This document shows positions 53,228-63,534 of a stretch of 64,000 nt of DNA, one piece after another. The DNA lies in the NCBI GenBank assembly GCA_934141555.1, contig CAKPCK010000003.1, positions 6,510 to 70,509 of the forward strand, written 5' to 3'. Each line of letters opens with the position of its first letter. Position 1 is the stretch's first letter. The notes below the pieces were generated by a model, which worked only from the letters and a program-made list of their open reading frames with translations, had not been told where the DNA came from and searched no databases. Source of the stretch: an uncultured Clostridia bacterium (lineage in GTDB: Bacteria > Bacillota > Clostridia > TANB77 > CAG-508). A program made the position numbers and the translations under genes.

Positions 53228-56080
53228 ATGAAGAAAATAAGAGGAAAATTAATAATATTTATAATAATATTAATATGTTGTATTTATAAAAATTATAATA
53301 TATCAGAAGCTAAAGCTACAGATATTGAAGATACAAATTTTGCAAATGTAGTTTTATTTGCACATTTTACTGGAGATACAGCAGATGAAGACAAAAAATA
53401 TTTTGAAGATAATAGAGATGAAATTATAAAATTATATGATGGTTCACATGGAAGATCTGCTACTAATTATTTAAATACTATATCTTATGGAAAATTTCAT
53501 TTGAAAAATATATTTCCACAAGATGATGGAAAAAAGATAACATCTTATGAACTTAATATAGATAAAAAGTTAGCATATACAATGAATGTAGATTCTTTAA
53601 TAATAGATGAACTCATAAAGAATGTTCCAGAAATATCAGATAAGATTATAGATTATGATGGTGATGGATACATTGATAATCTAACAGTAGTATTAAAAGG
53701 AGGAAATGAGCAAGAAGTAAAAGATCAGTCAACATTTGTACTACATAAATCAGATTATGGAGCAGAAGTATATTGGTCAGGAAAAAAGATAAGTTCATAT
53801 AATATCTTAAATACATATTCATTAATTGATTCTATTGTATCAAGCCAATCAGGAGTGATAGCACATGAGTTTTTGCATACATTAGGATATCCTGATTTAT
53901 ATAGAAGTAGAGGAGATGATAAGCCTGTATATAGTTGGGATATCATGGGAGCAGCAAGTAGATATATGCCATATCCATTAGCATATTTAAGAATGCATTT
54001 TTCTAATTGGTTAAATATAGAAACAATTACAGAAACTCAAACAGTAACATTGGATGAACAAAGTAATAAAGATGGAAATCAAGCATATATAATAAAATCA
54101 CCTTTAAGTGATGATGAATTGTTTGTTATAGAATTTAGAAAAAAAGCAGAAATCAACTATACAGATGAAGATTCATTAGATAGAGGAATTGGTGGCTCAG
54201 GAATAATAGTATATAGAATAAACACAACAGTAGAAGGACTAAGTAATAATTTTAATGAGACAGGTGTATACGTCTTTAGACCAAGCATTCCTGGAAGTGG
54301 ATTTTCACAAAATACAGAAGAAGCTCGTGTGTTAAGTGCATATTTATCGAAAGAGAGTGGAAGGACTTCGATTGGAAGTACAGATTTTAGTAAAACATTA
54401 GAAGATGGAGCGCTAACATTTTCAGATGGAACAAATTCAGGGATTGTAATAAGTGATGTATCTAGTAGTTCAGGAAAAAGTATGACATGTAAAATTACTA
54501 TTCCAAAAATATCAGAAGAAAATTTATGGAAAAATACTGATTTTAAAGATTATACAGGTACAGATATAATTAAAGAAATAGGAATATTAAATTATAATAA
54601 TTATATATATACAGTTACATGTTCAAATAATAAAATATACACTCAAATTTATGATGAAAAAAATTGGAATGAAAAATATAATATTTTGAATGTTGAAGAA
54701 TCAAATCCTATTGTACAAGTAGAAATAATTCAAAATGGTAATGACATATATCTTTTTTATTCAGGATATGGATATTTGAAAATAGAAAAGATGAATTTTA
54801 ATACTCAACAATGGGAAGATGTTGCAAAAATAAATGATATATTAGGAGAATTTTGTGTTATTAATAATTCAGGACAATTTTATATTTCTTGTATAAGGGA
54901 AGATAGTTCAACTGCAAGATTAATAAATATTAATGGAAATGAAATAACAGAACTTGGTAATTATTTTTCTAAAAAATATTGTGGACAAGCTAAAGTTGCT
55001 CAATTGAACGGAAATATATATGTTTCAGTTAGGTGGTCAAATGGAAATAAAATAAAAGTTTATAAATATAATTCTAAAAATAATTTTTTGGAAATAGAAA
55101 ATGCCATGTTTTCAGGAAATTATGATATGAAGTCAATAGATAATAAGATATATTTTGCATTAGGAAAGAACACTGAGAAAAATGCATCAATGTATGTATT
55201 TGATGGTGATAACTGGAAAGAAAATGTTGCAAATACAAAATATAGTTTTCCAGAAATATTTAAAATAAATAATGAAATATATGTTATTTTAAAAGCGGAA
55301 GATGAGAGTGGAAAAGCTCAGATATATAAATTTAATAAAGAAAGCAATACTTTTGAGGATGATATTATAGATGTAGATACAGCAGTTCAAGATATAAAAA
55401 TCACATCAACAAATGACTATATATATAGTATTATAAATAAAAAGTCAGATGGCAAGATTATTGTAAAGAAAAGGCAGTATAAGTCAAAAGAGACAGTAAA
55501 TCCAACACCTGGACCTGATCAAACAAGAAAATTTCAATTTAAAGATGTTCAGGTAACTGATTGGCATTATTTAGCAATAAAATATATGTTTGATAGGAAA
55601 TATATATCAGGATATAATGAAACAACATTTGCACCAGATGATAAAATAACAAGAGGTATGATTGTAACAATATTACATAATATGGAAGGAAAGCCAATAG
55701 TAACTAATATAAATAAGTTTCCAGATGTGCAAGATAGTAAGATTTATTATTATAATGCAATAAATTGGGCAGTAGAAAACAAAATAGTAAGTGGATATGA
55801 TACAGGAAAATTTGGACCAGATGATTTTATAACAAGAGAACAATTAGCAGTAATATTATGGAAATATAGCAAATATAAAGGAAAAAATGTTAATGTTGAA
55901 GCAGATTATAGTAAATTTCCAGATAAAAATCAAATATCTAATTTTGCTCAGAAGGGAATGAATTGGGCTGTAGGAACAGGAGTAATAACAGGTTCACAAG
56001 GAAAATTATTACCATTAGGAAATGCAACTAGAGCTGAAGCTGCATCAATGATTTATAAATATTGTACAAAAGTTAAATAA
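53228..56080 (+). CDS. secreted M6-like (immune inhibitor A-type) metalloprotease with three C-terminal SLH domains
   Basis: Signal peptide. HEFLHTLGYPDLY zinc motif. Three S-layer-homology repeats (FKDVQVTDWHY..., FPDVQDSKIYY..., FPDKNQISNFA...). Confidence 0.7.
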   Translation: MKKIRGKLIIFIIILICCIYKNYNISEAKATDIEDTNFANVVLFAHFTGDTADEDKKYFEDNRDEIIKLYDGSHGRSATNYLNTISYGKFHLKNIFPQDDGKKITSYELNIDKKLAYTMNVDSLIIDELIKNVPEISDKIIDYDGDGYIDNLTVVLKGGNEQEVKDQSTFVLHKSDYGAEVYWSGKKISSYNILNTYSLIDSIVSSQSGVIAHEFLHTLGYPDLYRSRGDDKPVYSWDIMGAASRYMPYPLAYLRMHFSNWLNIETITETQTVTLDEQSNKDGNQAYIIKSPLSDDELFVIEFRKKAEINYTDEDSLDRGIGGSGIIVYRINTTVEGLSNNFNETGVYVFRPSIPGSGFSQNTEEARVLSAYLSKESGRTSIGSTDFSKTLEDGALTFSDGTNSGIVISDVSSSSGKSMTCKITIPKISEENLWKNTDFKDYTGTDIIKEIGILNYNNYIYTVTCSNNKIYTQIYDEKNWNEKYNILNVEESNPIVQVEIIQNGNDIYLFYSGYGYLKIEKMNFNTQQWEDVAKINDILGEFCVINNSGQFYISCIREDSSTARLININGNEITELGNYFSKKYCGQAKVAQLNGNIYVSVRWSNGNKIKVYKYNSKNNFLEIENAMFSGNYDMKSIDNKIYFALGKNTEKNASMYVFDGDNWKENVANTKYSFPEIFKINNEIYVILKAEDESGKAQIYKFNKESNTFEDDIIDVDTAVQDIKITSTNDYIYSIINKKSDGKIIVKKRQYKSKETVNPTPGPDQTRKFQFKDVQVTDWHYLAIKYMFDRKYISGYNETTFAPDDKITRGMIVTILHNMEGKPIVTNINKFPDVQDSKIYYYNAINWAVENKIVSGYDTGKFGPDDFITREQLAVILWKYSKYKGKNVNVEADYSKFPDKNQISNFAQKGMNWAVGTGVITGSQGKLLPLGNATRAEAASMIYKYCTKVK

Positions 56081-56094
56081 TATTAAACAAGAAA

Positions 56095-56131
56095 AACACA
56101 ACAGATTTTTTAAAAATGTTGTGTTTTTTTT
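56095..56131 (+). terminator. intrinsic terminator
   Basis: aacacaaca / tgttgtgtt stem followed by T-run. Confidence 0.8.
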
Positions 56132-56184
56132 GTATCTATGATATATTATGTTTGAAAAAAGACTCTAGAAAGGAAAAGATAGAA

Positions 56185-57186
56185 ATGTCATTTATAGAAG
56201 AAATAAAAAACAGAGCAAAACAACAAATAAAGACAATTATATTACCAGAAGCAACAGATATTCGTATATTGAAAGCAGCACAAATAGTAAACAAAGAAAA
56301 ATATGCAAAAGTTGCGTTAATAGGTAATAAAGAAGAAATCGAAAGACTAATAAAAGAAAATAATTTAGAATTAGGAGATACACAAATAATAGATCCAGCA
56401 AAATCAGAGGAGACATCTGAATATGCAAAAGAATTATATGAATTAAGAAAAGCAAAAGGTATGACAGAAGAACAAGCACAAAAATTAATATTAGAACCAA
56501 TATATTATGGAATGATGATGGTAAAACTAAATCATGCAGACGGACTTGTATCAGGTGCAGCACATTCAACTGCAGATACATTAAGACCAGCATTACAAAT
56601 ATTAAAAACAGCACCAGGAACAAAATTAGTATCAGCATTTTTCGTAATGGTAGTACCAAATTGTGAATATGGAGCTAATGGAACATTTATATTTGCAGAT
56701 AGTGGTTTAAATGAAGAGCCAGATGCAGATAAACTTTCAGAAATAGCTATATCATCAAGCAAAAGTTTTAAACAATTAGTAGGAGAAGAACCAAAAGTTG
56801 CAATGTTATCATATTCAACTTATGGAAGTGCACATTCTGCATCAACAGAAAAAGTAGTTGAAGCAACAAAACTAGCAAAAGAAAAAGCACCAGAACTATT
56901 AATTGATGGAGAATTACAACTAGATGCTGCAATAATACCAGAAGTTGCAGAATTTAAAGCAAAAGGAAGTCCTTTAAAAGGTGAAGCAAATGTATTAGTA
57001 TTCCCAGACTTAGGTGCTGGAAATATTGGATATAAATTAACACAAAGATTAGCAAAAGCAGAAGCTTATGGACCTCTTTGCCAAGGTATTGCAAGACCTG
57101 TAAATGATTTATCAAGAGGATGTAGTAGTGAAGATGTTGCAGGTGTAGTAGCAATAACAGCTGTACAAGCACAATCACAAGGTTAA
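56185..57186 (+). CDS. pta: phosphate acetyltransferase
   Basis: ILPEATDIRILKAA, ADGLVSGAAHSTADTLRPALQI, PVNDLSRGCS. Start at ATG 56185. Confidence 0.9.
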   Translation: MSFIEEIKNRAKQQIKTIILPEATDIRILKAAQIVNKEKYAKVALIGNKEEIERLIKENNLELGDTQIIDPAKSEETSEYAKELYELRKAKGMTEEQAQKLILEPIYYGMMMVKLNHADGLVSGAAHSTADTLRPALQILKTAPGTKLVSAFFVMVVPNCEYGANGTFIFADSGLNEEPDADKLSEIAISSSKSFKQLVGEEPKVAMLSYSTYGSAHSASTEKVVEATKLAKEKAPELLIDGELQLDAAIIPEVAEFKAKGSPLKGEANVLVFPDLGAGNIGYKLTQRLAKAEAYGPLCQGIARPVNDLSRGCSSEDVAGVVAITAVQAQSQG

Positions 57187-57233
57187 TTAAATATATAATA
57201 ATGAGTACATACAAAAAGAAAGGTATATAATTT

Positions 57234-58424
57234 ATGAAAATTCTAGTTTTAAATTCAGGAAGTTCATCATTAAAATATCAAGTAATTGATACAGAAACTG
57301 GTGAAATGCTTGTAAAAGGTTATTATGAAAGAATTGGGCAAGTTGGAGCATTTTTAACACATAAAGTAAATGGAGAAAAACATCATTTTGAACATCCAGC
57401 AAAAAATCATGAAAAAGCAATTCAATTTGTAATGAAAAGACTAACAAGTGATCATTATGGAGTATTTAAAAGTTTAGATGAATTAGATGCAATAGGTCAT
57501 AGAGTTGTACATGGTGGAGAACAATTTAAAGATGCAGTTCTTATTACAGATGAAGTAATTCAAGAAATAAAAGAAAATTCAATGTTAGCACCATTACATA
57601 ATCCAGCAGCAATATTAGGAATAGAAGCTTGTCAAAAGGTTGTACCTAATAAACCAATGGTAGCAGTATTTGATACAGCATTTCATCAAACAATTTCAAA
57701 AGAAAAGTATATATATCCAATTCCTTATGAATATTATGAAAAATATCATGTAAGAAAATATGGATTTCATGGAACATCACACCAATATGTTGCAAATAGA
57801 GTTGCAGAAATATTAGGAAAAGATATAAAAAAATTAAAAATAGTAAATTGTCATTTAGGGCAAGGTGCAAGTATATGTGCAATAAAGAATGGAGAATCAG
57901 TTGAAACAAGTATGGGATTAACACCACTTGGAGGGATTCCAATGGGAACACGTTCAGGAGATTTAGATCCATCTGTTGTAACATATTTAATGAAAAAAGA
58001 AGAATTAGATGCAGATGAGGTTGAAGAAGTATTAAATAGAGAATCTGGAGTATATGGAATATCAATGGTATCTGTAGATTTTAGAGATATAGAAGCAGAA
58101 GCACTGGCTGGTGGAAAGCATGCAAAACTTGCATTAGATGCATACCATTATTCAATTGCAGGATATATAGCAAAATGTGCAGTTGCAATGGGAGGAATAG
58201 ATGTTTTAACATTCACAGCAGGTGTTGGAGAAAAATCACCATATTCTAGAAGTGAAATATGTAAACAACTAGGAGTATTTGGGGTAGAAATATCAGGAAA
58301 AGCTAATTTGGTAAAAGGAGAAGAAGCAGAAATTTCTTCACCAAATTCAAAGGTAAAAGTTTTTGTTATTCCAACAAATGAGGAATTAATGATTGCTCGT
58401 GAAACAGCAGAACTAGTAAAATAA
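57234..58424 (+). CDS. ackA: acetate kinase, copy 1
   Basis: MKILVLNSGSSSLKYQ, HRVVHGG, APLHNPA, FHGTSH, PTNEELMIA. Confidence 0.9.
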   Translation: MKILVLNSGSSSLKYQVIDTETGEMLVKGYYERIGQVGAFLTHKVNGEKHHFEHPAKNHEKAIQFVMKRLTSDHYGVFKSLDELDAIGHRVVHGGEQFKDAVLITDEVIQEIKENSMLAPLHNPAAILGIEACQKVVPNKPMVAVFDTAFHQTISKEKYIYPIPYEYYEKYHVRKYGFHGTSHQYVANRVAEILGKDIKKLKIVNCHLGQGASICAIKNGESVETSMGLTPLGGIPMGTRSGDLDPSVVTYLMKKEELDADEVEEVLNRESGVYGISMVSVDFRDIEAEALAGGKHAKLALDAYHYSIAGYIAKCAVAMGGIDVLTFTAGVGEKSPYSRSEICKQLGVFGVEISGKANLVKGEEAEISSPNSKVKVFVIPTNEELMIARETAELVK

Positions 58425-58484
58425 GGTTTATAGGCAAAACCATAATAAAAACCTAAATATAAAATATAAAAAGGAAAAATAAAA

Positions 58485-59675
58485 ATGAAAATATTAGTAT
58501 TAAATTGTGGTAGTTCATCACTAAAATATCAATTAATAAATATGGAAACAGAAGAAGTTTTAGCTTCAGGAAAATATGAAAGAATAGGAGAAGATGAAGC
58601 TTTTATAACACATAAAGTAAATGGACAAAAAATAGAAATCAAACATCCTGCAAAAACACATGAAGAGGCTGTTGATTTTACATTAAAACAATTAATAAAT
58701 CCAGAATATAAAGTAATAGATAGCTTAGATGAAATATCAGCAATAGGACATAGATTAGTACATGGTGGAGAAAAAATTAATAAATCTGTAGTTATAACAG
58801 ACGAAGTTATAGATGTATTAAAAGAATGTATAGATTTAGCACCATTACACAATCCAGCAGGAATAATAGGAATTGAAGCTTGTAAAAAGGTAATGCCAGG
58901 AAAACCAATGGTAGGTGTATTTGATACAGCATTCCATCAAACAATGCCAAAAGAAAGATATATTTATCCAATTCCATATGAATATTACAAAAAATATGGA
59001 ATAAGAAAATATGGATTCCATGGAACATCACATATGTATGTTTCACAAAGATTAGCTGAAATTGTTGGAAAAGATATAAGTGAATTAAAAATTGTTACAT
59101 GTCACTTAGGTCAAGGTTCAAGTATATGTGCAGTTGAAGGTGGAAAATCAGTTGATACAAGTATGGGATTAACACCACTTGCAGGAATTCCAATGGTAAC
59201 ACGTTCAGGAGATTTAGATCCATCTGTAGTAACATTCTTAATGAAAAAAGAAGGTTGGACAGCAGAAGAAGCAGAAAATATGTTAAATAAAAAATCAGGA
59301 GTTCAAGGAATATCAGGATTAGCACCAGACTTTAGAGAAATTGAAGCAGCATCATATGGTGAGAACGAAAGAGCAGCAATTGCAATTGAAAAATTCAAAT
59401 ATGAAATTGCATCATATATAGCAAAATATGCAGTAGCAATGAATGGAGTAGATTATATAGTATTTACAGGTGGTGTTGGAGAAAACCAAATAAATATAAG
59501 AAGAGGAATTTGCGAAAAACTTGAATTTATGGGAGTAAAAATAGATGTTGAAGCAAATAATGTAAGAGGAGAAGAAAAAGAAATATCTGCTCCAGATTCA
59601 AAAGTAAAAGTTTATTTAGTTCCAACAAACGAAGAACTTATGATAGCAAAAGAAACAGCAAGATTAATAAAATAA
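58485..59675 (+). CDS. ackA: acetate/short-chain acyl kinase, copy 2 (tandem paralogue, same length)
   Basis: MKILVLNCGSSSLKYQ, HRLVHGG, APLHNPA, FHGTSH, PTNEELMIA. Collinear with copy 1 over all 396 aa. Confidence 0.85.
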   Translation: MKILVLNCGSSSLKYQLINMETEEVLASGKYERIGEDEAFITHKVNGQKIEIKHPAKTHEEAVDFTLKQLINPEYKVIDSLDEISAIGHRLVHGGEKINKSVVITDEVIDVLKECIDLAPLHNPAGIIGIEACKKVMPGKPMVGVFDTAFHQTMPKERYIYPIPYEYYKKYGIRKYGFHGTSHMYVSQRLAEIVGKDISELKIVTCHLGQGSSICAVEGGKSVDTSMGLTPLAGIPMVTRSGDLDPSVVTFLMKKEGWTAEEAENMLNKKSGVQGISGLAPDFREIEAASYGENERAAIAIEKFKYEIASYIAKYAVAMNGVDYIVFTGGVGENQINIRRGICEKLEFMGVKIDVEANNVRGEEKEISAPDSKVKVYLVPTNEELMIAKETARLIK

Positions 59676-59697
59676 TTTTGAAATAGAAGAGGTACAA

Positions 59698-60996
59698 ATG
59701 GAAGAAGCACAAAAAATACAAGATAAAAAAACAAATACAAAACTATTTCCAATATATAAAATGTTCTCTTGGGATTTGCTATTTTACTATTCAATAATAT
59801 ACTTATTCTTGACACAAGCAAAAAACTTTTCTGCATCAGAAGTATTATTAGCAGAATCATTTTTTACAGCATCATGTTTATTCTTACAGATTCCAATAGG
59901 TTTATTGGTAGATAAATTCGGTAAAAAAAATAGTTTAGTCTTTGCTAATATATGTATGTGTGTATTTATTACTATTTTATTATTTATAAATAATTATAAA
60001 ATGTTATTATTAGCTAATTTTATTGATGCAATAGGTTATGTTATAAAGGGTGTTTGTGAAACGAACATTCTTTATGACTCATTACCAAGTGGTGAAAAAA
60101 GAGGAACATTATATTCTAGTGTAGATGGGATTGGTGCATCAAGATATTATGTAATTGATGCAATAACATCAATTATAGCAGGTATCACATTTGCGATTGA
60201 TCCATATATACCAGTAGTTTTATGCTTAATAGTTAATATTATTGCATTAATATTATCAACAAGATTTAAACACACTCAAAGTCAAAGAGAAGAAGAATAT
60301 CCAAAAGAAACTGCAAGACAATATTTCAAAGAATTAAAAGAAGCAATTAAATTTACATTTAATTCCAAAAGAATGTTGTGTTTAATGTTATTTTTCGGAC
60401 TAATGTCAGGGTTAACATATAATTTATCAACATATAGAAGTAATATTTTAAATAGCATAAATATACCAGCACAATATTTTGGAGTAATCTTTGCAATTAT
60501 TCAAATAATGGCTGGGATATGTTCTAAAGGACAGGGTTGGTTACATAGAAGATTTAAAAATAATACATTATCAGTATTAGGAATTCCATATGTTGCATCA
60601 TGTTTTATTATTGGATGTTTAGTGGATAGTTTTGGAGAAAGTGTATCAAATATTGTAGTAATACTATTTATACTTCAAGGAGCTATAAAAGGAGCATATA
60701 ATGTTTTAATTTATAGATATTTAAATAATTTCACAAATAGAAAAATAAGAGTAAAACTTGCAACAATAAGAAATATGTTTTTTAATATGATATCAATTTT
60801 AATAAGTTTATTAGGCTCATTCTTATTAAAAGTAACAACATCTGGAAACACATTTTTAATTGTTGGAGGTATATGTACTGTATGTATGGTACTTTTATTA
60901 GATTATATGAGAGGAAAAGTTGGTTTAAAACCAGAGAAATACAATAAAGAAGACTTGAAATATAGTTCATTTAACGAAGGAGGAAATTTAAAATGA
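59698..60996 (+). CDS. MFS transporter
   Basis: About 12 hydrophobic helices; GLLVDKFGKK loop 2-3 motif. Confidence 0.75.
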   Translation: MEEAQKIQDKKTNTKLFPIYKMFSWDLLFYYSIIYLFLTQAKNFSASEVLLAESFFTASCLFLQIPIGLLVDKFGKKNSLVFANICMCVFITILLFINNYKMLLLANFIDAIGYVIKGVCETNILYDSLPSGEKRGTLYSSVDGIGASRYYVIDAITSIIAGITFAIDPYIPVVLCLIVNIIALILSTRFKHTQSQREEEYPKETARQYFKELKEAIKFTFNSKRMLCLMLFFGLMSGLTYNLSTYRSNILNSINIPAQYFGVIFAIIQIMAGICSKGQGWLHRRFKNNTLSVLGIPYVASCFIIGCLVDSFGESVSNIVVILFILQGAIKGAYNVLIYRYLNNFTNRKIRVKLATIRNMFFNMISILISLLGSFLLKVTTSGNTFLIVGGICTVCMVLLLDYMRGKVGLKPEKYNKEDLKYSSFNEGGNLK

Positions 60997-62135
60997 TAAG
61001 AAAAGTTGCTATATTAGCAAATGGTGGAGATGTATCAGGATTTAATGCAGTTATAAGAGCAATTGTAAAAACTGCTGAAAACAATGGGATAGATTGTTAT
61101 GGATTTATAGATGGATATAATGGTTTATTAAAAAATAATTATGAAAAATTAAGTACAGCAAATGATGAACATGCATCAGGAATATTACAAAAAGGTGGTT
61201 CAATAATTGGATCATCAACAAATGCAAATGTATTTCATTACAAAGTTGAAGAAAACGGAGAAACTGTTTATAAAGATTTATCAGATGTATGTGTAGAAAA
61301 TATCAAAAAAGATGGATTTGATTGTCTATTTACACTTGGAGGAGATGGAACACAAAAATCAGCAAGAGATTTTTCTACAAAAGGAATAAATGTAATTGGA
61401 GTTCCAAAAACAATAGATAATGATGTTGCTTGTACAGAAATAACATTTGGATATAATACAGCAGTTTCAGTTGCTGCAGAAGCATTAGACAGACTTCATA
61501 CAACAGGTGAAACACATCATAGAATAATGGTATTAGAAGTTATGGGAAGATATGCTGGTTGGATAGCATTGGAATCAGCAATTGCTGGTGGTGCAGATGT
61601 TGCATTAATACCAGAAATTCCATATGATATAAACAAAGCAGTTGAAAAAATAAATGAAAGAAGAGAAGAAGGAAAGAATTTTAGTATTGTTGTTGTTGCA
61701 GAAGGTGCAATACCACAAGGTGGAACAATAACAGTTCAAAATGTAAGAAATAATGGTGCAGGAGTTGATAACAATAAATTAGGTGGTGTTGGACAAGTTG
61801 TTGCAAAACAATTAGAAGAATTAACAGGTTTGGAAGCAAGAACAACAACATTAGGATATGTACAAAGAGGTGGTACTCCAACAGCATTTGATAGAGTTCT
61901 TTCAACAAAATATGGTGCAAAAGCAATGGAACTTGCTCTTGAAGGAAAATTTGGTGTATTAACAGTTATAAAAAACGGAAAATTGGATTCTGTTTCATTA
62001 GAAGATGTAGTTGGAAAGAATACAAAAATTGGTGCAGTTTCTGGTAATACTGCAGAAAGTAATATTAGAAAAGTTACTATGGATCATGATTTGGTTAAAA
62101 CTGCAAGAGATATTGGAATCTGCTTAGGAGATTAA
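60993..62135 (+). CDS. 6-phosphofructokinase (phosphoryl donor uncertain)
   Basis: GGDGT, PKTIDND, MGRYAGW. ATGA overlap with the MFS stop. Confidence 0.85.
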   Translation: MIRKVAILANGGDVSGFNAVIRAIVKTAENNGIDCYGFIDGYNGLLKNNYEKLSTANDEHASGILQKGGSIIGSSTNANVFHYKVEENGETVYKDLSDVCVENIKKDGFDCLFTLGGDGTQKSARDFSTKGINVIGVPKTIDNDVACTEITFGYNTAVSVAAEALDRLHTTGETHHRIMVLEVMGRYAGWIALESAIAGGADVALIPEIPYDINKAVEKINERREEGKNFSIVVVAEGAIPQGGTITVQNVRNNGAGVDNNKLGGVGQVVAKQLEELTGLEARTTTLGYVQRGGTPTAFDRVLSTKYGAKAMELALEGKFGVLTVIKNGKLDSVSLEDVVGKNTKIGAVSGNTAESNIRKVTMDHDLVKTARDIGICLGD

Positions 62136-62146
62136 TGATAAAATAA

Positions 62147-62176
62147 AGAGTTGTTACAAAAGTAACAGCTCTTTTA
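62147..62176. terminator. bidirectional terminator between the convergent pfk and minus-strand genes
   Basis: agagttgttac / gtaacagctct stem flanked by A- and T-runs. Confidence 0.7.
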
Positions 62177-62608
62177 TAAATACTTTTTTAATGTCTCAAC
62201 ACTATCTTCTTGCATAACAACAAAATCATCTAAAATTTGTCTAACATTTTTATCAACACTAGGATTATTATTTAACAATCTGCGACCCTCAATAATCCCC
62301 ATATTAGTACCTTGTAACAATAATTCAGAAATATTAGAATTACTTTTATCAGTCATTGTATTCATTTGAATCCCATACCAAGTCATAGCCTTATTCATAA
62401 TATTAGTTTCCTGAGGATCATCAGTTAAATCATAATTATGATAAATATTACCAACACGATTAAAAATTTCTTTGTATTTACCATATTCAACATTTAAAAC
62501 ATTTTGAAATCTACTATCAGAAACTTTATCAGAAACAAATCTTATTGCATCCATTCCCATTTTTGCACCTTTACTAACTTCATTTAAAACTTTTTTATTA
62601 ATATCCAT
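62174..62608 (-). CDS. hypothetical helical protein (144 aa)
   Basis: GGGAGG RBS before the MDINKK start. Predicted all-helical; no confident family assignment. Confidence 0.5.
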   Translation of the reverse strand: MDINKKVLNEVSKGAKMGMDAIRFVSDKVSDSRFQNVLNVEYGKYKEIFNRVGNIYHNYDLTDDPQETNIMNKAMTWYGIQMNTMTDKSNSNISELLLQGTNMGIIEGRRLLNNNPSVDKNVRQILDDFVVMQEDSVETLKKYL

Positions 62609-62671
62609 TATAAAACCTCCCATTAATAGCTATTTGTATTATTGTTAGCAAAAAATGGAATATTATACAAA

Positions 62672-63373
62672 TTATTCTTTAATTTCTTTAGAAAGTTTAT
62701 TAATAGCTTTAGTTTCAATTCTTGATACATAAGAACGAGAAATTCCCATTTCTTTAGCAATTTCAATTTGTGTTTTAGGTTTATGACCATCAAGCCCAAA
62801 ACGAAGTTCCAAAATTGTACGTTCTCTTCCTTTTAAAATAGATTTCATTTTTTCATATAAAAGTTTAACTTTCATTTTTAAATCAACAGATTCTTCAACA
62901 CTTCTGTCATCATTTTCTAAAATTTCTTGTAATGTAATAACATTATCATCTTTATCTTTTCCGATTGGTTCATCAAGAAATACTTCAGCATTTTGCTTTT
63001 TAGTTGCCCTAAAATGCATAAGAATTTCATTATCTATACATCTAGAAACATATGTAGAAAGTCTAGCACCTTTTTCAGGTTTAAAACTATTAATACCTTT
63101 GATAAGACCAATTGTACCAATAGAAATTAAGTCATCTTGGTCTACATTTGAATTGCTGTATTTTTTACAAACATGTGCAACAAGTCTTAAATTCCTTTCA
63201 ATTAAAATATTACGTGCATCTTCATCTCCTGTACTTAATTTTTCAAGATAAATTCGCTCTTCTTCAGAACTTAGAGGTTCTGGAAAAAGGGAAGTTCCTG
63301 AAATGTATCCAACTGCAAAAACTGCAGTCTGTAAAAAGTGAAAAAAACCACTTATACACAATGCGGAAAACAT
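62672..63373 (-). CDS. sigK: RNA polymerase sporulation sigma factor K (pro-sigma-K), uninterrupted
   Basis: Pro-sequence followed by FPEPLSSEEERIYLEKL, ARNILIERNLRLVAHVCKKY, DLISIGTIGLIKGI and a region 4 HTH. Start at the second ATG, after a GGAGG embedded in the first ATG context. Confidence 0.8.
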   Translation of the reverse strand: MFSALCISGFFHFLQTAVFAVGYISGTSLFPEPLSSEEERIYLEKLSTGDEDARNILIERNLRLVAHVCKKYSNSNVDQDDLISIGTIGLIKGINSFKPEKGARLSTYVSRCIDNEILMHFRATKKQNAEVFLDEPIGKDKDDNVITLQEILENDDRSVEESVDLKMKVKLLYEKMKSILKGRERTILELRFGLDGHKPKTQIEIAKEMGISRSYVSRIETKAINKLSKEIKE

Positions 63374-63477
63374 AAAAACCTCCATATAATTTTATTAAGA
63401 ACTCATATAACAAATTATATGTTAGAAAAAAATAAAAGTGCATGGACTAAAAAAATATATAAATAACAATAAAATGC

Positions 63478-63506
63478 TTGACAAATGCAAACAAATGTTT
63501 TAAAAT
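63478..63506 (+). promoter_or_regulatory. sigma-A type promoter of the ORF6N gene
   Basis: TTGACA 63478-63483, 17-nt spacer, TAAAAT 63501-63506. Confidence 0.55.
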
Positions 63507-63534
63507 ATACATAATCATAAAAGGATGTGAATTT

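Noticed and set aside
62672-63385. A possible skin-like intervening element or split in sigK.
   Set aside because: The gene is a single uninterrupted ~233-aa pro-sigma-K ORF with all regions present.
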